This document shows, piece by piece, positions 39,589 through 47,914 of a stretch of 64,000 bases of DNA. Position 1 is the stretch's first letter; each line of letters opens with the position of its first letter. Under the pieces are notes generated by a model, which did no database searches, was not told the DNA's origin, and saw only the letters and a list, made by a program, of their open reading frames with translations. Origin of the DNA: a virus (Duplodnaviria; Heunggongvirae; Uroviricota; Caudoviricetes); IMG/VR virus record IMGVR_UViG_3300042892_003674. One strand, written 5' to 3'. Made by a program: the position numbers and the translations under genes.

Positions 39589-39631
39589 CTATAAGTTTTT
39601 TAATCTACCTAATTTTATTAGTATTATTTTG

Positions 39632-39714
39632 TACGGATAGTCGGACTCGAACCGACACGCATATTTCAGCACTGACTTCTAAGGCCAGCGGGTCTACCAT
39701 TCCCCCATACCCGC
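39632..39714 (-). tRNA. tRNA-Leu(UAG)
   Basis: Loop CT-TAG-AA; long variable arm. Confidence 0.9.
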
Positions 39715-39722
39715 ATATTTTG

Positions 39723-39804
39723 TATCGAAGGTGGGATTCGAACCCACACGTCTTTTGGACACTCGGTCTTGAGCCAAGCACGTCTACCATTTCATCACTC
39801 CGAC
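39723..39804 (-). tRNA. tRNA-Leu(CAA)
   Basis: Loop CT-CAA-GA. Confidence 0.92.
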
Positions 39805-39813
39805 ATTCATTTG

Positions 39814-39896
39814 TACCGAGAGCGGGACTCGAACCCGCACGTCCTTTCGGACACTGGCTTCTTAGACCAGCATGTCTACCATTCCACCACCTCGGC
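39814..39896 (-). tRNA. tRNA-Leu(AAG)
   Basis: Stem CTGGT/GCCAG, loop CT-AAG-AA. Confidence 0.88.
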
Positions 39897-39902
39897 ATAT
39901 TG

Positions 39903-39987
39903 TATCGGAGAAGGGACTCGAACCCTCACGCCCATTACTGAGCACAGCATTTTAAGTGCTGCGTGTCTACCATTCCACCACTCCGAC
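39903..39987 (-). tRNA. tRNA-Leu(UAA)
   Basis: Loop CT-TAA-AA. Confidence 0.92.
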
Positions 39988-39998
39988 AAGTGATTTTG

Positions 39999-40079
39999 TA
40001 CCCCAGATAGGATTCGAACCTACATTTTCAGTTTCCAATTACCCGTAGTTGTTTAGAAGACAACTGGGACTACTGAGGC
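39999..40079 (-). ncRNA. D-armless tRNA-Arg(UCU)-like RNA
   Basis: Acceptor GCCTCAG/CTGGGGT; extended stem AGTTGT-CTTCTAA-ACAACT; canonical T-arm; no D-arm. Confidence 0.6.
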
Positions 40080-40088
40080 ATATTTTTG

Positions 40089-40175
40089 TACGTCTGGAGG
40101 GAGTCGAACCCTCACGGCCATTCCTGACCACAGATTTTTAAGACCTGCGTGTACTACCAATTTCACCACAGACGC
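40089..40175 (-). tRNA. tRNA-Leu(UAA)
   Basis: Loop CT-TAA-AA. Confidence 0.9.
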
Positions 40176-40181
40176 ATTTTG

Positions 40182-40255
40182 TGACCCCGACAGGATTCGA
40201 ACCTGTGACCTACTCATTAGAAGTGAGTTGCTCTATCCAGCTGAGCTACGGGGCC
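40182..40255 (-). tRNA. tRNA-Arg(UCU)
   Basis: Loop CT-TCT-AA. Confidence 0.93.
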
Positions 40256-40274
40256 AATTTTTATTTTTTTCCAC

Positions 40275-40308
40275 AAAAAAACCCGAAACTTTTATATTTC
40301 GGGTTTTG
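40275..40308 (-). terminator. attenuator terminator, tRNA array 3
   Basis: CAAAACCCGAAA-TATAAAAG-TTTCGGGTTTTTTT. Confidence 0.88.
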
Positions 40309-40331
40309 TTTGTATATTTAGTTATAATATG

Positions 40332-40436
40332 TTATCCAATAACAGTATCATTTGCTCTAAATAAGGCAAAACCCGGTTCACGTCTTAGACATAAGACATT
40401 CAGCGTTAAGTTAATATTTAGATTAGTTGTTTTCAT
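40332..40436 (-). CDS. leader peptide 3 (MKTTNLNINLTLNVLCLRREPGFALFRANDTVIG)
   Basis: 6 Leu and 3 Arg codons upstream of the Leu/Arg array. Confidence 0.85.
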   Translation of the reverse strand: MKTTNLNINLTLNVLCLRREPGFALFRANDTVIG

Positions 40437-40440
40437 TATT

Positions 40441-40501
40441 GTATATATTAAGATTTTATTCTCTCTTTTTGATTATTTGTTATTTTTATAGTACAAAAGT
40501 A
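40441..40501 (-). promoter_or_regulatory. tandem promoter boxes for array 3
   Basis: TActTTTG (40494-40501) and TAATATATAC (40441-40450). Confidence 0.6.
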
Positions 40502-40526
40502 ATAAAAGTTTTCTATTGTACCTAAT

Positions 40527-40760
40527 TTATTTTAATTTATTTTCAAAAAACTCTGAGAGTTCTTTTACTAACTGTTCATTATTTTTTATTGTAGATTCTT
40601 GATCTTTTACATCAACCTCAATTGGATCATCAAACCATAATCCTTTGTTATCAAATCCTTTTGTTTTTGTCCAGGTAATCAAATCATTTAATCCCCAGAA
40701 TACTTCTTGTGGAGTATCTGAACCCCAAGAGTGCATAATTGTTAAGAAAAATTTTTCCAT
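40527..40760 (-). CDS. hypothetical protein
   Basis: 77 aa; TAccTTTG box upstream. Confidence 0.65.
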   Translation of the reverse strand: MEKFFLTIMHSWGSDTPQEVFWGLNDLITWTKTKGFDNKGLWFDDPIEVDVKDQESTIKNNEQLVKELSEFFENKLK

Positions 40761-40836
40761 TTATTTAGTTATTTCTATTTGTACTACAAAGGTAATAAAA
40801 AATTTTTATTGTATCAAAAATATGATATTTATTAAA

Positions 40837-41110
40837 CAGATAATCCAGATATTTCTATCTGGATTATCCGTTATAAGTAATATCACGTTAGTGATATTCC
40901 CCTACCACAGATAATGTCACCACTATCTGAGATCTCGCGACTGACCGGTTACCCGGCCAGCCGCGAGACACTAAACAAGAGCAGTTCTGAAGAATTGCCC
41001 TGTTTTCGCACACCTTCACAACGGGTTGCGTTGTGATTTAGCTGGTAGATTCCACTAACCTTTCACTAGCAAGGTGAATTGGCTGGGAACTGACTCACAT
41101 CAAACAAGAT
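40837..41110 (-). ncRNA. unidentified structured ncRNA
   Basis: GC-enriched non-coding stretch with at least 5 hairpins and a TAATATATAC box upstream. Confidence 0.6.
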
Positions 41111-41150
41111 TAATGAACCTTGTTATGATATGTATATTATAAAGTATATA

Positions 41151-44099
41151 TTAAAAATCACTCGTTCTATTAGTACTAATATTAACTTTATATTTTTTGT
41201 TAGTAATATATTCTTTATTGTATATAACAGCACTAATAGTATAGTCATTATTTGTATTAAAACTAGTATTACCTTCTATATTACCAGTATTACTTAGTGT
41301 TAGTCCCGGTGGTAATTCTGGATAAATACTAAGCTCTACTATCGGATTTAATTTACTACCTTTTATTTCGGAAGAAATTGATTCTATTTGTATAACATTT
41401 GTACTATCTTTTGTACCATCAATTTGAATTTCGCTATTTAGTAATGATATCTGATCTTTTATTTTAGTATAATATATATTTATTGATCCAAAGTCAATAC
41501 TTGAGTTTAGTTTATAATTATATTTACCATACAACCTATCAAATCTTTTGATATTTTTTAAAATCTGTGGTAAGTTTGATTGATATTTTTGTTTATTTTT
41601 TACTTCACTAAATTTAAAACCTGATATTTGATTTTTAGTATTTATTTTATAAGGTACTGTATCAATTGATCTTAGTTTTGTAATATCAAACTTTTTAAAA
41701 AATTTAGTTACACTGTTATAAATTGGATAGTTTAAATTTAGTTCTTTAGTAATTTCAGGATAACGACCATTTTCCTTATCAATATGTAAAAATGGATTAT
41801 CCTTATACTTTATGTAAACTGGATTTTTACTATAGTAAATAGGTGTATAAAGTATATTAGGTCCAAATTTATTTTTATTTCTATCATTTAGATTTTCTAG
41901 TATTTCATATCCTTTTAATTTTATTTCTTGGAAAAAACCAGAGAAACCACCATTCCTACTCCAAGATTTGAATTTTAGCTTATAGAATTTATCATTACTA
42001 TCATCACGTAATATAAACTCTTTATCTATTATTTGATCTCCAAGATTTTCATATACTTCACCAAGTGATATATATTCAATTCTTCTAAAGTCTTTATTGA
42101 AACACTCACTCCAAGAATAGTTATTTAGTATATATAAATCGGTTGATCCAAAAAGGCCATTACTGGTTCTTGTGATAAATGTTTGATATTCTTCATTAAT
42201 GATAATTTTATCAGATATAAAATCTTTCATACTGAAATTAGTCACATTTCCAAATGTGACTTTATATAATCCAGGAAATCTTATTTCAGAAATTTTTTGT
42301 AAAACATCTCGCTTAATAGAAGCATCAAATTTGGTAGGTAGTTTTTGCCCATCTGAAAAGGATATTACTGTTACAAAGCCCATTTTATTTAATTTCTTTT
42401 GACTTATAATTAGATTGGATAAATTACCATTTATTGGATATAGCCTTTGTTCATCAATATTTAAAATATATTGTTGTATATAATCAAGTCTAGTAGCGTA
42501 ATTTTCAAAATTATCATCTATTGCGATCATATTAAAGAATAGATCTACTATACTATATAGTTTAGGAAGATATTCTTGATTAAAATCTAATAATTTAGAT
42601 AATTTAAAATCTGTATTTTGATTTATCATTTCTTTTAAGGATTTATCATAGATTATAAGATCATCGATTCTTACATTAAAAAAATTAGAATAAATATCAT
42701 TTAATTTAGATCTATCATATGCCATTTGTAAATTTGTTGCCGGTATAAATCCTGGTTGTGATGCAAGTAATCTTTTTTTCTTTTGTTTTTTTGCTCTATT
42801 ACCCCAGACCTTACCATCATAAGTACTAACATCTTCTAAAAATCCATTTACTTCCAATTTAATATCATATACTGCTGGGTTTCCAAATGTATTTATATTA
42901 TCGTTGTATTTTTTAATATCTAGTAGTATATCTAATACGGCTTGTTTATCCTCACCACTGGAGTAGTTATAATATTTTTGTGCAAATTTAAAAGTTGTTT
43001 CTGAACCCTTTGAATCAATTTCAGATTTTCTCTGTTCAAATTTTATGAAATAGTTTTCTCTTATTTGACTAAATCTATTTAATTGAGACATTATTTCAGA
43101 AATACTACCTTCCCTTTTTTTAGCTTCTTCATTAGTCATTTTTATATTATCAAAAATAAAACTAGTACCTTTTTTAATTTCTCTATTTAACTCATCCATA
43201 TACTCATCGGTTATTCTTCTAATTGATAATTTAATATTATAAATCTCACCTAGTTTGAATTTATAATCGGTATATATTGATAGTTTTTTATTATCATCAT
43301 AAGTTAAACAAGCTGCAATTGAGAAATTGTCAAAATTGTCATTATATAAACTAAAATTATTAAAAGTGTCTACTTTCATACCAAATGGTGCCATAGCACC
43401 AAACTCTATCTTATTATTTATATTTTCGGTATCATAATTAAATGAGATAATATCACTTCGTCTTGAAGTATATTTTTTGGTAGTCTCTGTATTATTACTA
43501 TCATATTTAGTATTTTTAACCTTATGTGTTTTGCTTGGAAATCTATTAAGTCTCATTTCAAATGAAATATTATATTCATCATCAATATCATTTATTTCAT
43601 TTAATAAACCTATTGATACACCAGGTAGTTCCTGTGTACTTTTAGAAATACTAAGAGTTGATTCTTCATTATAATTTATAATATCATCTATCATATCTGA
43701 TTTTTTAGATGAACTTCCAATTGCCATATTATCAATAACTGTATTGGAAATTTTAGAAATTATATAGTTACCATTTTTAGGTAAGGTTTTAGTAGTAGTT
43801 AAATAAGGTGTATATGTAAATGTATTAAAATTATTATTTAGTAATAATTTAGTATTATTCAGTAATGCTATTATATTAGCAGGTAAGTTTTTAATAGTAT
43901 TATCACTAATAACATTAGTTGCTATTCTTATTTGTTTAATTGATGTAATAATTTTTGAATACTCTACATCAACACCTTCTGCCCATGAAATATATACTTT
44001 ACCTTTTTTAACTTTTAAAGGTCTGGTAAATATTTTATTCAGAGAAATATTATTATTTGTAATTGATTCTGAGATCGAGTTTATGATTGCTTTATCCAT
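41151..44099 (-). CDS. large hypothetical protein (possibly structural)
   Basis: 982 aa; C-terminal putative Ig-like LPPGLTL...G.I.G. Confidence 0.65.
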   Translation of the reverse strand: MDKAIINSISESITNNNISLNKIFTRPLKVKKGKVYISWAEGVDVEYSKIITSIKQIRIATNVISDNTIKNLPANIIALLNNTKLLLNNNFNTFTYTPYLTTTKTLPKNGNYIISKISNTVIDNMAIGSSSKKSDMIDDIINYNEESTLSISKSTQELPGVSIGLLNEINDIDDEYNISFEMRLNRFPSKTHKVKNTKYDSNNTETTKKYTSRRSDIISFNYDTENINNKIEFGAMAPFGMKVDTFNNFSLYNDNFDNFSIAACLTYDDNKKLSIYTDYKFKLGEIYNIKLSIRRITDEYMDELNREIKKGTSFIFDNIKMTNEEAKKREGSISEIMSQLNRFSQIRENYFIKFEQRKSEIDSKGSETTFKFAQKYYNYSSGEDKQAVLDILLDIKKYNDNINTFGNPAVYDIKLEVNGFLEDVSTYDGKVWGNRAKKQKKKRLLASQPGFIPATNLQMAYDRSKLNDIYSNFFNVRIDDLIIYDKSLKEMINQNTDFKLSKLLDFNQEYLPKLYSIVDLFFNMIAIDDNFENYATRLDYIQQYILNIDEQRLYPINGNLSNLIISQKKLNKMGFVTVISFSDGQKLPTKFDASIKRDVLQKISEIRFPGLYKVTFGNVTNFSMKDFISDKIIINEEYQTFITRTSNGLFGSTDLYILNNYSWSECFNKDFRRIEYISLGEVYENLGDQIIDKEFILRDDSNDKFYKLKFKSWSRNGGFSGFFQEIKLKGYEILENLNDRNKNKFGPNILYTPIYYSKNPVYIKYKDNPFLHIDKENGRYPEITKELNLNYPIYNSVTKFFKKFDITKLRSIDTVPYKINTKNQISGFKFSEVKNKQKYQSNLPQILKNIKRFDRLYGKYNYKLNSSIDFGSINIYYTKIKDQISLLNSEIQIDGTKDSTNVIQIESISSEIKGSKLNPIVELSIYPELPPGLTLSNTGNIEGNTSFNTNNDYTISAVIYNKEYITNKKYKVNISTNRTSDF

Positions 44100-44123
44100 A
44101 AACTATATATTTAGAAAGTATAT

Positions 44124-44294
44124 CTACTTTTGAGTATTTTGCTGTTTTCTTTTTTTCCAAGCTTCTACATCATTCTCAATATATTTTCTAATTCTTTTAG
44201 AAGCATTCATTGAGTTATCATCACAGAACTCTTGAAACTCTTCTAACAGTTTTTCAGAGATTCTAATTATAAAGTTCCTGTCTTTATTTGCCAT
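44124..44294 (-). CDS. ribbon-helix-helix DNA-binding protein (56 aa, not in ORF track)
   Basis: MANKDRNFIIRISEKLLEEFQEFC...NASKRIRKYI fits the beta-alpha-alpha pattern. Confidence 0.65.
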   Translation of the reverse strand: MANKDRNFIIRISEKLLEEFQEFCDDNSMNASKRIRKYIENDVEAWKKRKQQNTQK

Positions 44295-44302
44295 ATTTTT
44301 TT

Positions 44303-44479
44303 TTATTTATAAAAATCTTCTAATGCATGAATTAGAAGTGCTACACCAATACCGAATATAAGTGACTGTTCAATTATTCGCATTGTATTAAATTCTAGAT
44401 TTACTAGTGCCAATAAACCATATGCTAAAAAAAATCCTTTTGAGTAGTATTTAGCTACTGATTTTAATGGCTTCATCAT
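44303..44479 (-). CDS. 58 aa two-TM membrane protein (not in ORF track)
   Basis: MMKPLKSVAKYYSKGFFLAYGLLALV...SLIFGIGVALLIHAL. Confidence 0.55.
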   Translation of the reverse strand: MMKPLKSVAKYYSKGFFLAYGLLALVNLEFNTMRIIEQSLIFGIGVALLIHALEDFYK

Positions 44480-44508
44480 GCAACTTATATTATTTTTTTT
44501 TAAGAAGT

Positions 44509-44841
44509 TTAAATTTTTTTCTCAACATAAGTAACTATTTCACCTGGTGTAAATTCCTTCTCTAAAAGTAATGGTAATGATGTTTCTTTACACCAAGCAT
44601 ATATTGTATAGCCTTTGTATTGTTGATTTACATATTCCCATCTAGTTTCCCATAATTTTCGATAGATTCCCCTTCTACGATAATCATCATGTACCCAAGC
44701 ATCTAAGAATTTTATACGATTATCTTTCTCTACATTCATACAAATATGACCTACCGAGAGGTTGTTTTTTGTATCAATTGCAGACCACATTTCCAAAGTT
44801 TGTCCATGTGTCTTGATGTAAGTGATAGTCAGGTTTTCCAT
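44509..44841 (-). CDS. GNAT-family acetyltransferase
   Basis: AWVHDDYRRRGIY motif A; start reset to MENL. Confidence 0.75.
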   Translation of the reverse strand: MENLTITYIKTHGQTLEMWSAIDTKNNLSVGHICMNVEKDNRIKFLDAWVHDDYRRRGIYRKLWETRWEYVNQQYKGYTIYAWCKETSLPLLLEKEFTPGEIVTYVEKKI

Positions 44842-44891
44842 AAAACTATATATCATAAAAATATATCGAAAAACCCTACTTTTGAACTTTT

Positions 44892-45545
44892 TTAATAAAT
44901 AATCTGAGATACTCTAATAGAAGCTTTTACGTCTTTCTCACAGTAGATTTTTACCTCCTCAACTCTACCTTCCCAGTAAGCATCATGTACATCTCCACCA
45001 TTCATATTATCCTTTGGGGATTCAATACCCAGCTCATAACACATCTCATCAAATGAGAATGCCCAAGCGAATTTTGACTTCCAATCATCAGACATATCAG
45101 TAATTCTCATTTCCCATGGTTTCTTATTATAAGTAGTTATTATATCAGCTGGTTTAATACCATATTTAGCCAACTTATGTGCTACCCAAGGAATATCAAA
45201 GTAAGCTATTCTAAATCCTGATAGATTGAAGTCTTTCTTCTCAATCTTTTTAAGTAGATTGTTAAATTTTTCAACTATGTCTTTTTCATCGTCTCCATAG
45301 AAACTTGAAATTCTTTCTTGGCCATTATCTAAATAACCAAATGAGATACAAACGATTCTACCGTAAGTTGGTACAATACCACAATTATCAGCATAAGCTT
45401 CATCAACATTTTCATATTTAGAATCCCAACCCATTTTATGGAACTTACCTCTAAAAAGGTTTGAACCACGTTCATCATTTTTTTCAAATTCCGTAAAGTT
45501 TCTATATTGACCAGCCGTTTCTATATCGAAGTGAAATAATTCCAT
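44892..45545 (-). CDS. 3'-5' exonuclease (PolB-exo2 family)
   Basis: FDIET, RIVCIS, FDIPW, YCEKDV. Confidence 0.85.
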   Translation of the reverse strand: MELFHFDIETAGQYRNFTEFEKNDERGSNLFRGKFHKMGWDSKYENVDEAYADNCGIVPTYGRIVCISFGYLDNGQERISSFYGDDEKDIVEKFNNLLKKIEKKDFNLSGFRIAYFDIPWVAHKLAKYGIKPADIITTYNKKPWEMRITDMSDDWKSKFAWAFSFDEMCYELGIESPKDNMNGGDVHDAYWEGRVEEVKIYCEKDVKASIRVSQIIY

Positions 45546-45600
45546 AAAAGTTTTTTCTTATTATATGATTTTATTAGTCAAATGTTTTTATATATAGATT

Positions 45601-46083
45601 ATGAAACATTTAAGAAAGTTTAATGAATCCTTAGATTTTGATCCAGAAGTATTAGCTTGGGCGGAAGAGAATTTAGATATGATGCCTGTTGATGATAAAC
45701 AATATAAAATGGTAAAAGCTGAGTATAATGAAGCAATGTTAAGAGAGTATTGTGAAATGAATCTAGCTTACTTAATAGATGATGGTTTTTTTATGGATAT
45801 AAGTCTACACGGTGGTACTTATATTATAATTCTTAGAAGAAGCTTAACTACAAATCAACACGGTGTTCATACTTCTTATTTTAGGTGGGATGATATAAAA
45901 GATCATTATATACCATTTATATTAAGAATACAAAAAAAGTATAAACTTTCTAGTGATTACATAAATTTCACTTCATCAAATTCGATGGATTTAATAAGTT
46001 TTCCATTTTATAAATTAGATGATATAAATGTATATTGGGATCTTTCTAGAATAACATTTAAAATAGAAGAAAGTAGTTTATGA
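45601..46083 (+). CDS. paralog 1 of tandem family, N-term MKHLRKFNES
   Basis: LREYCEMNLAYLIDDGF core. Confidence 0.75.
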   Translation: MKHLRKFNESLDFDPEVLAWAEENLDMMPVDDKQYKMVKAEYNEAMLREYCEMNLAYLIDDGFFMDISLHGGTYIIILRRSLTTNQHGVHTSYFRWDDIKDHYIPFILRIQKKYKLSSDYINFTSSNSMDLISFPFYKLDDINVYWDLSRITFKIEESSL

Positions 46084-46529
46084 GACATTTAAAGAAATTT
46101 GAGTCTTTAATCAATCCAGAAAAAGTAGATAAAGAAGAATTGAGAGATTTTTGTGAAATGTGCTTAGCTTATCTTTTAGATGAAGGATTTGAAATACATA
46201 TAGTTGAACATTATTTTTGTTGTGAGATAAATCTTCATAAAGTTGGTTACCCTGAACAGTGGCAATACAAAGGTTTTAGATGGGAAGAAATAGCTGATAG
46301 ATTTATACCATTCTTAAAAGTCTTATATGATAAATATGTTAGTTTTGGTAATAAATGTATAAAACTTGAAACTGCTAATGGTATGACTACAAATGTATAT
46401 ATTTCGGATTTCTTAAATAATATGGAAATTGATATGAATAAAATAGAAAGAGTTCCAATTACATATAAAAGGTTATTTGATAAAAGTCCTATTTATAATA
46501 TACAAATGAAAATTGAAAAGAATAAATGA
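46080..46529 (+). CDS. paralog 2, N-term MRHLKKFES
   Basis: LRDFCEMCLAYLLDEGF core. Confidence 0.75.
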   Translation: MRHLKKFESLINPEKVDKEELRDFCEMCLAYLLDEGFEIHIVEHYFCCEINLHKVGYPEQWQYKGFRWEEIADRFIPFLKVLYDKYVSFGNKCIKLETANGMTTNVYISDFLNNMEIDMNKIERVPITYKRLFDKSPIYNIQMKIEKNK

Positions 46530-46963
46530 AACATTTAAAAAGATTTAATGAAAGTCGAGAAGAACTTACTTTACAGAGAGAAGAATTACGTGATTTCTGT
46601 GAGACCTACCTAGCTTATCTTTTAGACGAAGGATTTGAGTTAAAGATTTATGGAGGTGCTGAACTTGCAGCGGGTGTAACTCCTTTTCAAATTTCTTTAG
46701 TAAAACAAGATAAATCTATTTTTTCATGGCAAGATATAATCAATCAATTTCTACCATTTCTTAAATTTCTAAAAGATAATTATAACTTAGAAAAAGTAGA
46801 TCCAAGTTCAAATGTTTCTTACCACAGAAAAGCAGATATAAAATTTGTAGATTATAGATGGCATGGTATAATGTATCAAACTAAAGGACTGCTTGAAGAA
46901 AGACATAATGCACTTGATACAAAACAATTAAGAGAGGTATACTTTATGGTTACTATTAAATAG
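46526..46963 (+). CDS. paralog 3, N-term MKHLKRFNES
   Basis: LRDFCETYLAYLLDEGF core. Confidence 0.75.
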   Translation: MKHLKRFNESREELTLQREELRDFCETYLAYLLDEGFELKIYGGAELAAGVTPFQISLVKQDKSIFSWQDIINQFLPFLKFLKDNYNLEKVDPSSNVSYHRKADIKFVDYRWHGIMYQTKGLLEERHNALDTKQLREVYFMVTIK

Positions 46964-47288
46964 TAAATCCATCCGTTCTAAACATATCATTCACCAGTTC
47001 TACTAGAACATCACCGTGACAAGATTTTCCTTTACCATTCTCATCTTTACACCAACAACCCAATGTTTTACCTTTTAACTCGTGCAAATCATTTAGAAGA
47101 TGTTTACCTTCACCATTTGTAATCCATTCTTTATAAGCGTCAATAGCTTCTTTTCTTGAATTTACATGATACTTAGCTTTTGTTTTTCTATCTTTTATAT
47201 GAGAAAAAGGACAACCCCATTTAGTTGTCCTATCTATCATTATATCATAAGCGGCTTTTCTAAAGTGTACTACTTTACATTTACTCAT
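46956..47288 (-). CDS. DUF4326 family protein
   Basis: IDRTTKWGCPF...LKGKTLGCWCK...CHGDVL. Confidence 0.85.
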   Translation of the reverse strand: MSKCKVVHFRKAAYDIMIDRTTKWGCPFSHIKDRKTKAKYHVNSRKEAIDAYKEWITNGEGKHLLNDLHELKGKTLGCWCKDENGKGKSCHGDVLVELVNDMFRTDGFTI

Positions 47289-47914
47289 AATTTTTTAAAT
47301 ACTGTTATCCCATCTAACTCTATCTCAGATAATTTATCAGATAAAGAGGTAAGAATTTCTCTTTCTCCCAATCCATAATTTTTATTCTCGATAAGAATAG
47401 AACCTGGTTGCATTTCTTCTATTACTTTTAGATAGAAAGTTTTAAGTTTTTCTATATCTCTAAAAGGTGTATAACAATATATGATATTATAATCATGATA
47501 CTTTTGTTCCATTAAATCACCTTCTAATATTTGTAAATCGTTATTCCAAAAATCTAAAAGATTTTCATTAAGATAATTTACATATTTAGATTGTTTCTCT
47601 ATTCCTACAAAAGAATAATTCTTTTCAAGTTTTTTAGATTGAAGATAAATATCAAAAATCGCAGTTCCTAATCCTATACCACAATCACATATCTTTCCTG
47701 AATCTGGAAGCAATCCCATATCTTCTAGTTTCTTCAATAAAAAGATGTTTTGATCTAAATTACTTTGAATGTATAACCATTCACCATCTTCTGTTTTACT
47801 TACAAGCATATCACTTACTTCAAAAATCTTTGCGACCTTATAGTACTCTATAAGAGTCGGATCTGGTTCAACTATGATAAGTGGAGACAATCCAAGTGTT
47901 TTTCTTTCCTCCAT
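47285..47914 (-). CDS. class I SAM-dependent methyltransferase-like protein
   Basis: ICDCGIGLG, FVGIE, EGD, IYCYTPF. Confidence 0.65.
   Translation of the reverse strand: MEERKTLGLSPLIIVEPDPTLIEYYKVAKIFEVSDMLVSKTEDGEWLYIQSNLDQNIFLLKKLEDMGLLPDSGKICDCGIGLGTAIFDIYLQSKKLEKNYSFVGIEKQSKYVNYLNENLLDFWNNDLQILEGDLMEQKYHDYNIIYCYTPFRDIEKLKTFYLKVIEEMQPGSILIENKNYGLGEREILTSLSDKLSEIELDGITVFKKL

Noticed and set aside
40228-40491. 87 aa plus-strand ORF
   Set aside because: Antisense to tRNA-Arg, terminator 3 and leader peptide 3.
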